Source of the DNA: Candidatus Omnitrophota bacterium
GTDB lineage: Bacteria; Omnitrophota; Gorgyraeia; 2-01-FULL-45-10
Assembly: GCA_016935115.1 (NCBI GenBank)
Contig: JAFGRN010000002.1
Span: 3,748 to 67,747 of the forward strand
Reading direction: 5' to 3'
DNA length: 64,000 nt
Of the stretch, positions 30,795 to 39,246 are shown piece after piece; position 1 is the first letter of the stretch; each line of letters begins with the position of its first letter. The position numbers were made by a program, and so were the translations under genes. The notes beneath the pieces were generated by a model. It was not told the DNA's origin, made no database searches, and saw only the letters and a program-made list of their open reading frames with translations.

Positions 30795-31494
30795 GCCGGT
30801 TTATCGCCACGAGATCGGGCCTATTCCTGAGCAGGGCAACGACGTCGCGCGATCGGATAAACTTAAGATGCCCCAGCGCCTTAAATATTTCGGACACGTG
30901 ACGAAGATCGTCGGCGGTATCGACGGTCACCCTGAAAGATGATGCATCGTCATCGCCGGCATATGCCTTTACAGGAAGGTTTTCGTATATGTACGGGGTT
31001 ACATGCTCCCGTTCACGCTTCTCTCCTGCTTTGTCATATGCCTCTTTGAGCGAATCCATACTGAAAACTTCAGCGTCAAACCCGCGGGGGTATGTCCTTG
31101 TAATGGTATTGGACATGTACGCTACATCATCAGCTGACAAAAAGGAGCGCACCATGTCATCGATCATATATGGATCCGATAGCGGACAGTCGGAAGTTAC
31201 CCGCACCACGGTATCCAACCTGTATTCTTTCGCCGCTTCGTAATATCGTGCCAGCACGTCGTCCTCATCGCCGCGATATACTGAAACGTCCTCATCCCGG
31301 GCGCATTTGACTATAACGTCATCGCGCCCGTTCCTGGTGGTAGCCACGATTATCACGTCCGCGGTCTCGCAGGCTTTCAATCGCCCGAGCAGAATGGCAA
31401 GCATGGGCTTATCCGCTATCTCCATCATCACCTTGCCGGGAAGCCTGCTCGAACCCATCCGCGCCTGCACAATGATACCGGTCCTTCCAGCCAT
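30769..31494 (-). CDS. spsF: SpsF-like cytidylyltransferase (putative CMP-nonulosonate synthetase)
   Basis: IVQARMGSSRLPGKV, RGDEDDVLARY, RVTSDCP, REHVTPY, TVDT. Confidence 0.85.
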   Translation of the reverse strand: MAGRTGIIVQARMGSSRLPGKVMMEIADKPMLAILLGRLKACETADVIIVATTRNGRDDVIVKCARDEDVSVYRGDEDDVLARYYEAAKEYRLDTVVRVTSDCPLSDPYMIDDMVRSFLSADDVAYMSNTITRTYPRGFDAEVFSMDSLKEAYDKAGEKREREHVTPYIYENLPVKAYAGDDDASSFRVTVDTADDLRHVSEIFKALGHLKFIRSRDVVALLRNRPDLVAINRHVEQKAVA

Positions 31495-32472
31495 TTATCC
31501 GCCTCCGACAAGAGACTTAAGTTCGCTCACGGAAAGCCATTCACCGTTCGAATCGCTGGAATACCTGAACCCGTCGGGCACGCTCCTGCCGCGCTTGTAC
31601 TTCTTATCCGGATGGTAAAACGCGGGCCGGATTACATAATACCTCCCGAACTCCGTGGTATTACGGGAGTCGTCTTCGGAGATCATCACCTCGTGAAGCT
31701 TCTCGCCCGGCCGGATACCTATAGTCTTCAGGCGGCATCCGGGCGCGATAGCCCTGGCAAGATCCGTTATTGACATGCTAGGAATCTTCGGAACAAATAT
31801 CTCGCCGCCTTCCATGATCTTGAATTTATCGATAACAAACTTCACCGCCTCGTCAAGCGTGATCCAGAAACGTGTCATACGCGGATCCGTTATCGGCAGG
31901 ATGGCGGTCTTCTTCCTGGCAAGAAAGAACTCCACGACTCCGCCGCGGCTTCCCAGCACATTTCCGTACCGGACCACCGAGAACCGCACGCCGCCCTTTC
32001 TGGAATAGAAATTGCCGTCGACAAACAATTTATCTGAACAGAGCTTGGTCGCGCCGTACAGGTTAACGGGATTGCACGCCTTATCACTGCTTAAGGCTAT
32101 AACCTTCTTGACGCCGCATTCGATCGAGGTCTCGATAAGATTCATCGCGCCGATTATATTCGTCTTTATGGCCTCACCGGGGTTGTACTCCATTAGCGGC
32201 ACCTGTTTGAGCGCCGCAGCGTGAACCACATAGTCGACGCCACGGAGCGCCATCCGCAGGCGTTCGCGGTCCCTGACATCTCCTATAAAATACCGCATCA
32301 CTTCTTTATGCGCGGCGAATTGCTCCTGCATCTTGAACTGCTTAAATTCGTCGCGGCTATACACTATCAGTCGCTTCGGCATATGTTGCCGCAGAACAGC
32401 CTGTATAAAACATTTCCCGAATGACCCCGTACCGCCGGTAACCAGTATTACCTTTCCCCTGAATATGCCCAT
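31495..32472 (-). CDS. pseB: UDP-GlcNAc 4,6-dehydratase (inverting), PseB
   Basis: TGGTGSFG, YSRDEFKQ, HAAALKQVP, NLYGATK, RYGNVLGSRG, MTRFWIT, GIRPGEKLHE. Confidence 0.93.
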   Translation of the reverse strand: MGIFRGKVILVTGGTGSFGKCFIQAVLRQHMPKRLIVYSRDEFKQFKMQEQFAAHKEVMRYFIGDVRDRERLRMALRGVDYVVHAAALKQVPLMEYNPGEAIKTNIIGAMNLIETSIECGVKKVIALSSDKACNPVNLYGATKLCSDKLFVDGNFYSRKGGVRFSVVRYGNVLGSRGGVVEFFLARKKTAILPITDPRMTRFWITLDEAVKFVIDKFKIMEGGEIFVPKIPSMSITDLARAIAPGCRLKTIGIRPGEKLHEVMISEDDSRNTTEFGRYYVIRPAFYHPDKKYKRGRSVPDGFRYSSDSNGEWLSVSELKSLVGGG

Positions 32473-32489
32473 TTTCTCCTCACAAGATT

Positions 32490-32984
32490 TTAAACGAATT
32501 TATCGACTAAAGTAAGCGCTGTTGTCGCAAACGACTTGAGCTCTTCTATCTTTTTAAGCCTGTCCTCAAATATCGTCTTGACCCTCTTCTCCTCTTCGGT
32601 TTCATTTGCGCCCTGGGCGCGGATCATGTCCTTGAACCCATCGACGATGTCGGAAGTTTCATCCAGCCTTCTCTTCATTACCTCTTTTATCTTCCTGAGC
32701 ATAAAACTCTTCACGTCCAGGTTGGCTTCGTAATAGTCCTTGCGCGAACCCTTGACCCAGACGCTGTTCACCGCTCCCCAATTTTCAAGCACACGTATGT
32801 TGACGCTTACATTGCCTTTGCTGACCTTAAGTTTTTCGACAATCTCATCGAGGGATAAGGGCTTATCGCTCAAGTACAGCACGGCATACAGCTGGGCAAT
32901 GAATCTGTTAAATCCGAAATTATCACACAATTTGCCTATTCTCTCTATGAATTTGTCCTGCGCAAGTTCAAGCTTACTATCCAT
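32490..32984 (-). CDS. GbsR/MarR-family transcriptional repressor
   Basis: GFNRFIAQLYAVLYLSDKPLSLDEI..LKVSKGNVS..WGAV..GSRKDYYEA winged-helix pattern typical of GbsR-type proteins; AGGAG RBS. Confidence 0.85.
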   Translation of the reverse strand: MDSKLELAQDKFIERIGKLCDNFGFNRFIAQLYAVLYLSDKPLSLDEIVEKLKVSKGNVSVNIRVLENWGAVNSVWVKGSRKDYYEANLDVKSFMLRKIKEVMKRRLDETSDIVDGFKDMIRAQGANETEEEKRVKTIFEDRLKKIEELKSFATTALTLVDKFV

Positions 32985-33007
32985 TTTTAATCTCCTATTT
33001 AGGAATG

Positions 33008-33023
33008 TTTAAAACGTTCTAAA
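33008..33023. promoter_or_regulatory. Palindromic operator TTTAAAACGTTCTAAA (copy 1)
   Basis: 16-bp inverted repeat with one mismatched pair, identical to 47260-47275, 3 bp downstream of the -10 box. Confidence 0.8.
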
Positions 33024-33026
33024 TGA

Positions 33027-33055
33027 ACTTTACCATACCGGATAATATATGTCAA
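33027..33055 (-). promoter_or_regulatory. Sigma70 promoter for unit 3
   Basis: Minus strand TTGACA (33055-33050), 17 bp spacer ending TGG, then TAAAGT (33032-33027); extended -10. Confidence 0.8.
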
Positions 33056-33108
33056 GCAGATTATTTTACTATCATAACACTATACCTATCAATCACTTAG
33101 TTATAAAA

Positions 33109-34479
33109 TTAGTATAATGAGCTCAGCTTTTCAAGATACGTATCAGACTTCGGATATGTTACCGGTCTTTGTATAAGAGCTGTTATCTCATTGAAGTAAT
33201 GGTCCAATACCTCATCCGGAAGCTTTGTGAAATTGATCGTTCGCTCAAAGAACAGGTTACCCAGGCTCTTGATAAATTCCCATTCATCCTTGATCTGGCC
33301 GTTATTTACACATTCCCTCCACAGACGGGTGCCCGGTGACGGCGTCAGGTATGACAACTTTCCCTTCTTCTCAAGGCCGTTTCTCTTTATGAAATCGATC
33401 ATGTCAATATAATCCTTCTCTGTATCCCATGGAAAGCCTACGATGAAATTTGCGGAAACGCCGATACCATATTTTCGCAGCAGCGCAAGCTTTCCCTCGA
33501 CATCCCTGATCCTTATACCCTTACTTACGCGATTCAAGGTCTCCTGGTTTACGGACTCGATGCCGGTTGCCACAACCGCAAGGCCGTTATCTCTGCCTAG
33601 CGAGCATATCTCCTCGTCTATGGCATCTATACGACATTGTCCTCTATATGTAAAGTTCATGCCCAACCGTTGTTTTTTCACTATAAAGTCCTTGTAAAGC
33701 GCTTTTATCTCCAGAAAATTCTCGTCGACAAAGTAGAATCTGTCGAGATCATGATTATTTATGATCCCTGCCATCTCATCCAGAATCATATCAGGGCTCT
33801 TTACGCCTATTCCCTGGACCAGCTTGTGACAGAACGAACAATTCCCTTTACAGCCACGGGATCCCATAATATCGAACGACTGATTAGTTTCTTTAAGGTA
33901 TTTTATATAAAATTCCATATCAAGCGACTCGTAGTTTGAGGCGGAAAGAGCTGTCAATTGATACATATTGTTGACACGCGCTCCGACGATCATCTTATCG
34001 GGTTTTATTCCGAAGATACTGCCATTGAGCCTGTAGAATATGCCCGGTATATTATCCGGACGGAAGTTTCCGGCCCAAATAGATCGTATGAACGCTGGAA
34101 AGGCCTTCTCTCCTTCGCCTACAAGGATATACGCGCACTTACAGTTATTGAGCAATAGTTCCGGCATCGAGGAAGGCAAAGCTCCGCCATAGATGATGAT
34201 ATGTTCCGGATTTATATCAAGCGCGATCCCGGCAAATTTTTCAACCTGGTTTATCTGGTCGTTCCCGGCCATTATATTAAAACCTATTATGGCCGGCTTC
34301 GACGGGATCCTTTCCCGGAAGACCCTTTCACGATCTGCCGTATCCACGGGAACGAGATCGATGGCGTCAAAGTCGATATTATGCAGTCTGAGGGTATTGG
34401 CGAGCACGGTCAGCCATATGGGCAGCTGTACCTGCACGCTCTTTCTCGATACGTTTACAATAAATACGTCGTATGGCAT
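33109..34479 (-). CDS. Cobalamin-dependent radical SAM enzyme
   Basis: Likely start MPYDVFIVN at 34479 (ORF track 34629 overlaps upstream gene); GGALPS, GEGE, SRGCKGNCSFC, DENF, GIES. Confidence 0.88.
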   Translation of the reverse strand: MPYDVFIVNVSRKSVQVQLPIWLTVLANTLRLHNIDFDAIDLVPVDTADRERVFRERIPSKPAIIGFNIMAGNDQINQVEKFAGIALDINPEHIIIYGGALPSSMPELLLNNCKCAYILVGEGEKAFPAFIRSIWAGNFRPDNIPGIFYRLNGSIFGIKPDKMIVGARVNNMYQLTALSASNYESLDMEFYIKYLKETNQSFDIMGSRGCKGNCSFCHKLVQGIGVKSPDMILDEMAGIINNHDLDRFYFVDENFLEIKALYKDFIVKKQRLGMNFTYRGQCRIDAIDEEICSLGRDNGLAVVATGIESVNQETLNRVSKGIRIRDVEGKLALLRKYGIGVSANFIVGFPWDTEKDYIDMIDFIKRNGLEKKGKLSYLTPSPGTRLWRECVNNGQIKDEWEFIKSLGNLFFERTINFTKLPDEVLDHYFNEITALIQRPVTYPKSDTYLEKLSSLY

Positions 34480-34495
34480 AGTGTTGTCCCGTATA

Positions 34496-35983
34496 TTAAC
34501 AGCATGACGCGCTCCGCGAGGACAGGCCTGTAAGCCTTTCCTGAAACTGTTTTCTCGCGTCTTCCGCGCATATATCGTTACCCTCGGCAATCTGTATCTG
34601 CGGCCAGATGTCTTCCGGCAGGCGGACATAGAACTCGAACGTCCGGAGCAGCCCGTCTATCTCTCCGGATGTCATCTTAGACATACCGAAAGACGATGCC
34701 CTTGAGACCGGCGTGATCATGCCGCTTTCATCCCTCAGGCGCGGATGGAACCGGTTATATATTTCGGTCCCGGGATAAGGATATATGGCGTAAACGTTGA
34801 CGGCGGGAATATCTAGAGATTTATTCAACTCTATCGTCTCAAAAACATTCTCCCGGGTCTCGCCCGGCAGCCCTATCATATTGAAAGTAGTGACCCGTAT
34901 GTTCGCGCCCTTTAAAATATCCACGGCATGCCGGATCTGGTCATTCGACATCCTGCGATTTAGGATCTCGGCGCGGATACGCTCATTCCCCGATTCGAGC
35001 CCGATATTAGCCGCCACGCAACCCATGGAGACCAGCAGGTCGACCTTGCGCTTGCTTATCGTCTCGGGGCGTAATGAACAGGCAAATTTAATGCCGAGCG
35101 GCTTCAGTTCGCCCACAAGCGACGTCAGGAATTTTTCATCGAATAATGCCAGCGACTCGTCGTAAAAACGGAAGAAGTCCGCATTATATCGCTCCTTCAG
35201 GAAGCGGATCTGCCGGCCCGTAGTCTGCGGGGATTGGAACCGGAAATACCGGCCGCAGCCCCTGAACTTATCCCTGAAGGCCCAATTCAGGCAATATGTG
35301 CATCTCTCCGGACAGCCGCGCGACATAAGAAAACATCCCCCGGAATATACGGTGCCCTGGAACGGGCGGAAGAGATGGCGCTTGTCGAAGATGCCCCAGT
35401 CCATATCGGGCAGATTGTCGAGATTGACGAACGGGCGCAATTCATTGAAACGCGTACCGCGTTCCGTCTTATACCCCAGATTCCGGATACCGGTGATATC
35501 CTTTCCTTTTTCCATCGCTTCGCATAATTCGACCATGAACTCTTCCCCCTCACCGACGCAGATCATATCGATCTCCCTGAAGGACAGGGCATCTTCGGGG
35601 CAAATGGTCGGATGGATCCCCCCGGCAACCACGCGGCAGGACGGCTTCACTTTTTTGAGAAGATCAATTACAGCGTCAAAATAGCCGGTCAATACGGATA
35701 CCGCCACCAGGTCGGGCCGGAACCGCTGCAGTTTTTCCGCAAACGCATCCTCCAGCGAAAATACCGGATCATCGGCAGTCAGGTCCTCCAGTGTGTAGCG
35801 GGTCGGAAGCAATATTCTTGTGCCATAGGTCGGCGTGGTATCACGGACAGCCGTCTTTATGAACGTCCAGTCGAAAACGTCCACTTCGTGTCCGCGCTCT
35901 TTCAACAATGAGGACAAAGTGGCTATCCCCGTCGGAACTCCGTTCGAAAGATAGGCATTGGGATACATGAAAAGTATCTTCAT
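34496..35983 (-). CDS. Cobalamin-dependent radical SAM enzyme
   Basis: PTGIATLSSLL, GGIHPT, GEGE, SRGCPERCTYC, GLESGN, PYPGT. Confidence 0.92.
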   Translation of the reverse strand: MKILFMYPNAYLSNGVPTGIATLSSLLKERGHEVDVFDWTFIKTAVRDTTPTYGTRILLPTRYTLEDLTADDPVFSLEDAFAEKLQRFRPDLVAVSVLTGYFDAVIDLLKKVKPSCRVVAGGIHPTICPEDALSFREIDMICVGEGEEFMVELCEAMEKGKDITGIRNLGYKTERGTRFNELRPFVNLDNLPDMDWGIFDKRHLFRPFQGTVYSGGCFLMSRGCPERCTYCLNWAFRDKFRGCGRYFRFQSPQTTGRQIRFLKERYNADFFRFYDESLALFDEKFLTSLVGELKPLGIKFACSLRPETISKRKVDLLVSMGCVAANIGLESGNERIRAEILNRRMSNDQIRHAVDILKGANIRVTTFNMIGLPGETRENVFETIELNKSLDIPAVNVYAIYPYPGTEIYNRFHPRLRDESGMITPVSRASSFGMSKMTSGEIDGLLRTFEFYVRLPEDIWPQIQIAEGNDICAEDARKQFQERLTGLSSRSASCC

Positions 35984-37176
35984 CTTAAGGCGCCTTTTTT
36001 ATCGGCTGCCATACCAGAATAGCAGTTCGTCTTCGGGTCGGTTATCGAGCGATATATCGGCATGAAATCGTCATGGTATGGGGACTGTGGATCGAGAAAG
36101 GCATGCAGTCCGATGCTGTCCCTGGAATATATCTTCGACTTCAAAAAACGGTGAAGCGGCATTATCGTCCGGCCGGTGATGCCATTGTTCCTTATAAAAT
36201 CTTTCGCCCGCTTCTTCATTGCCGGAATGCCGCCATTACGCCTATTCCGCGTCGAGATAAAAGCCGTGTTAATATAATCCTTAACGGCATCTCTGGCTAT
36301 CTCTCCGGCCCTCTCCTGTGAAATATTTTCTCTTCCGGCGATCTCTTGCGCAAAACAATCGGCCAGTTTCGTATACTTCTCGGTGGCCATTATCTCCTCG
36401 CTCGATTCATGCTTCGGGACTTCCTCTCCGGTTCCGTAAAGGAGCGCGGATCCCTGGTTATCATGGGCCTCCCGCGCCAGATATAGTTTATTGAGCATGC
36501 CCGACTTACCCTGGATGACAGACAGTCCGCTCAGGGCCAGCTCTCCCACATTAAGGTGAAGATTACGGGAACAACACCACATCAGGTTCCGCTTATATTC
36601 GTCCGTGCGGTGAATTGAGTAGGCGGTTGGCATGCAGTTTCTAAGATGATTTCGCAGCCTTTCGGATGGCTTGCTATCCTGAATAGACCTTTGCCCGTAA
36701 TAACTTATCCACCTGACTGCCGGGCCGTCCGGTGTCATGCCGGCGTTGAAGAGGCACGTCATTCCATGGACAACACTGTAGTCCCTATGCGCATCGAGGA
36801 ATTCGATGCCCTCATTCAGCGTGGACAGGACCATGAAATCATCGTCCGCCCAGAAGACGGTGTATGGCGTCGAGACCTTCTCCAGTCCGGACAATATCCT
36901 GTCCTGGAGAGTTGTTTTCGTATCGAACAGGGTGCGGATCGAGTGGTTTCTCTGCAGCATCGACAGCGGGATGTTCATATCATCCGGGGTGTCGCTGGAA
37001 TCCAGGATATGGACCCTAAAAGGAAACCCTACTGAATCCATGTATGAGATCACCCGCCTCAGCCTGGAATACCTGTTGCGTGTGGGCATCAGCACCGTCA
37101 GCTTATCGGACAATCCGCCGCCGGGGCTATGCATACACATCCTGTGCGGCTTCGCTGTAGAGGATCGTACAGTCAC
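35980..37176 (-). CDS. GT2-like glycosyltransferase (TIGR00180-like)
   Basis: LTVLMPTRNR, ILDSS, TPYTVFWADDDF, YSIHRT; probable TTG start near 37113. Confidence 0.75.
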   Translation of the reverse strand: MTVRSSTAKPHRMCMHSPGGGLSDKLTVLMPTRNRYSRLRRVISYMDSVGFPFRVHILDSSDTPDDMNIPLSMLQRNHSIRTLFDTKTTLQDRILSGLEKVSTPYTVFWADDDFMVLSTLNEGIEFLDAHRDYSVVHGMTCLFNAGMTPDGPAVRWISYYGQRSIQDSKPSERLRNHLRNCMPTAYSIHRTDEYKRNLMWCCSRNLHLNVGELALSGLSVIQGKSGMLNKLYLAREAHDNQGSALLYGTGEEVPKHESSEEIMATEKYTKLADCFAQEIAGRENISQERAGEIARDAVKDYINTAFISTRNRRNGGIPAMKKRAKDFIRNNGITGRTIMPLHRFLKSKIYSRDSIGLHAFLDPQSPYHDDFMPIYRSITDPKTNCYSGMAADKKGALR

Positions 37177-38038
37177 TGCAGATCTTCATCGACGTCTTCT
37201 TCCCCTTCTCATTTATCGCCCTGATCGCTGTTATCTTTTCGTTATTGAATATCTCTATCGGCGACGCGTCCCTGACATTACCGAGCGAATAGTTCGCATG
37301 GTGCAGGTCCGAACAGCACAACGGCACGGTGCCATCCCAGAGGATCATAAGCCGGTCGTAAACATGATGGCACGGCTTCGCGTCAATGGCCTGGTCTCTC
37401 GCGGCGATCCTATCCTGCGGATCACCGAGCTCGCCTCCCCACGTATGCGCCCCGTAACCGATTATAAGATCCTTCTTCTCCGAGGAGATCCGCGCCTTCC
37501 AGTACGCCCTGAAATCGTCCCACTCGGCCTTGTTGGATTCCTGCCGGATAAAGCGGAATACAAAACGGGTCTTATAATTTCCGGCATCCCTCTTCCTGAT
37601 GATACTTTCGGCATTGGCGACAATGGAGTCAAAATTGACGCCCTTGCGGATATTCTCATGCGTGCTCTTCCTGTAACCGTCGATGCTGAAGATGATCGTA
37701 TCTATGCCGCTCGACAGGAGAGCGTCCTGATGTTTTTCGTTCATAAGGTCCCCATTCGTCGCAATTGCGATACTCTGAAATCCCTCGCGCTTGGCGTACC
37801 TGATCTTTTCGAACAGGGTCTTGTCCAGCAATGGCTCTCCCAGGCCCCAGAGGTCGACCTTTTCGATCTGCGCGGCAAACGGCTTCAGATCGTCAATGAT
37901 TTTCCTGAATAGTTCCATGGACATCACGCCTTTTTTGCGTTTCGTAGGCATGTCGACGGGGCACATCACGCATTTCGCGTTACATCCGAAGACCACCTCT
38001 AATTGTATCCTCTTAGGAATTAAAATATTATTCCGCAT
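37127..38038 (-). CDS. Radical SAM protein with SPASM/twitch domain
   Basis: GCNAKCVMCP, GLGEPLLD, TNG, FSIDG, PCHH..DGTVPLCC..CSDC; probable start MRNNIL at 38038 (ORF track 38092). Confidence 0.9.
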   Translation of the reverse strand: MRNNILIPKRIQLEVVFGCNAKCVMCPVDMPTKRKKGVMSMELFRKIIDDLKPFAAQIEKVDLWGLGEPLLDKTLFEKIRYAKREGFQSIAIATNGDLMNEKHQDALLSSGIDTIIFSIDGYRKSTHENIRKGVNFDSIVANAESIIRKRDAGNYKTRFVFRFIRQESNKAEWDDFRAYWKARISSEKKDLIIGYGAHTWGGELGDPQDRIAARDQAIDAKPCHHVYDRLMILWDGTVPLCCSDLHHANYSLGNVRDASPIEIFNNEKITAIRAINEKGKKTSMKICSDCTILYSEAAQDVYA

Positions 38039-39230
38039 CTTGGCCTCTATCTTTACAGGTAAAGCCGGCATTAAGCCTTTTACGTAATTCATTCTTGGGT
38101 TTCTCTATCGCTTCCAGCGTCCTGATCACCTGTCCTCCCCTGTGCGCCAGTATATGGGGAAACCGGCGCAGATAGCCCATCACTTTTTCCACACGTTCGT
38201 CGATCTGCGCGGCGGAATAAAACGGCAGGCCCATCTTCTCTATCCTTGCGTGCTTCACCCGCTCGAAACCGTGCACCGCGACTTCGTCGAAGATCTCCGC
38301 GACGAATTCTACGGAACTTAAGTCTTCCTGCTCGGTTGCGGTCGGATACCCGATGATCAGATCCGTCCGCAGGATCAGGTCCCTGCGCGACACTCGCAGC
38401 TTCTTGAAGTACGGCTTTAATCCGGTGACCACCGGTTTTCTGTCCATCAGGGCAAGCACACGATTACTCGTCGATTGAATAAGGACCTGAAATTCCCTCA
38501 CCTTCTTATCCATAAGCAGCGGCCATAATTCATCACGATAGACGTGGACCCAGTCCGCATTTATCTGGGACAGGTGAATTTGAAAATCAAATTCGCCGAT
38601 TATCTTCTTCAGTAATTCGGGATAAGTCGTCCCGATATCGGTGCCATACGAGCCAGTATCGTTTCCGGCAAGGCATATGGTATGGACCTTCTTCTCGAGG
38701 TTCCTGATCTGGTAAAAGATGCTCTCGGGAGGAACGCTCTTTAGGTTTCCTATGCCCAGCTTATGCGGGCAGAACGGACAGTCGGACGAGCAACCCGTCT
38801 GCAGAAGGATGAACTGTTTCCCGGGATCGTAGAGCCTATGGTCCTCTTTGCCGCGAAACCCCGTAGCTTCTGGGATATCTTTAAGCGGCACCGCAGGATC
38901 CTCTATAAGGGCCTTTACATCCGTCCAGTTGAACGAAGGGATGACGCGGTTCGGAGAGAAGGGCCTGATACGTTTCATATTGATTCCCGGCAGGCATCCA
39001 AAAACCACCAGCTCGGCACCGGACTTCATCCCCGTCCTGGCGGCCTCGATAAAGCCGACAGCCTCGTCTTCAAGGCTTTTGAACGCTCCGCATGTGCCTA
39101 TGATCACGACATCCGCCTCACTCTGGTTCGTCGTGGGAACCATATCATTGGCCATCAGGTAATTGTTTATCCTGTTCAGGATAAGCTTGTACGGAGTGCA
39201 GACATTGTCTTTTATGTAGAACGATCTCAT
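38028..39230 (-). CDS. MiaB/RimO-like radical SAM (methylthiotransferase-like, no TRAM domain)
   Basis: N-terminal UPF0004-like domain with NVC, ADVVIIGTC and FGC cysteines; TGCSSDCPFC, DTGSYGTD, IQSTSNRVL, TDLIIGYP; probable start 39230. Confidence 0.8.
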   Translation of the reverse strand: MRSFYIKDNVCTPYKLILNRINNYLMANDMVPTTNQSEADVVIIGTCGAFKSLEDEAVGFIEAARTGMKSGAELVVFGCLPGINMKRIRPFSPNRVIPSFNWTDVKALIEDPAVPLKDIPEATGFRGKEDHRLYDPGKQFILLQTGCSSDCPFCPHKLGIGNLKSVPPESIFYQIRNLEKKVHTICLAGNDTGSYGTDIGTTYPELLKKIIGEFDFQIHLSQINADWVHVYRDELWPLLMDKKVREFQVLIQSTSNRVLALMDRKPVVTGLKPYFKKLRVSRRDLILRTDLIIGYPTATEQEDLSSVEFVAEIFDEVAVHGFERVKHARIEKMGLPFYSAAQIDERVEKVMGYLRRFPHILAHRGGQVIRTLEAIEKPKNELRKRLNAGFTCKDRGQDAE

Positions 39231-39246
39231 CTTCCCTTTCTCACTG

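Noticed and set aside
32985-33108. Possible cobalamin riboswitch or intrinsic terminator in the intergenic gaps (also 47232-47365)
   Set aside because: Gaps are short and AT-rich, with no B12 box or GC hairpin plus U-tract; explained by the promoter and operator
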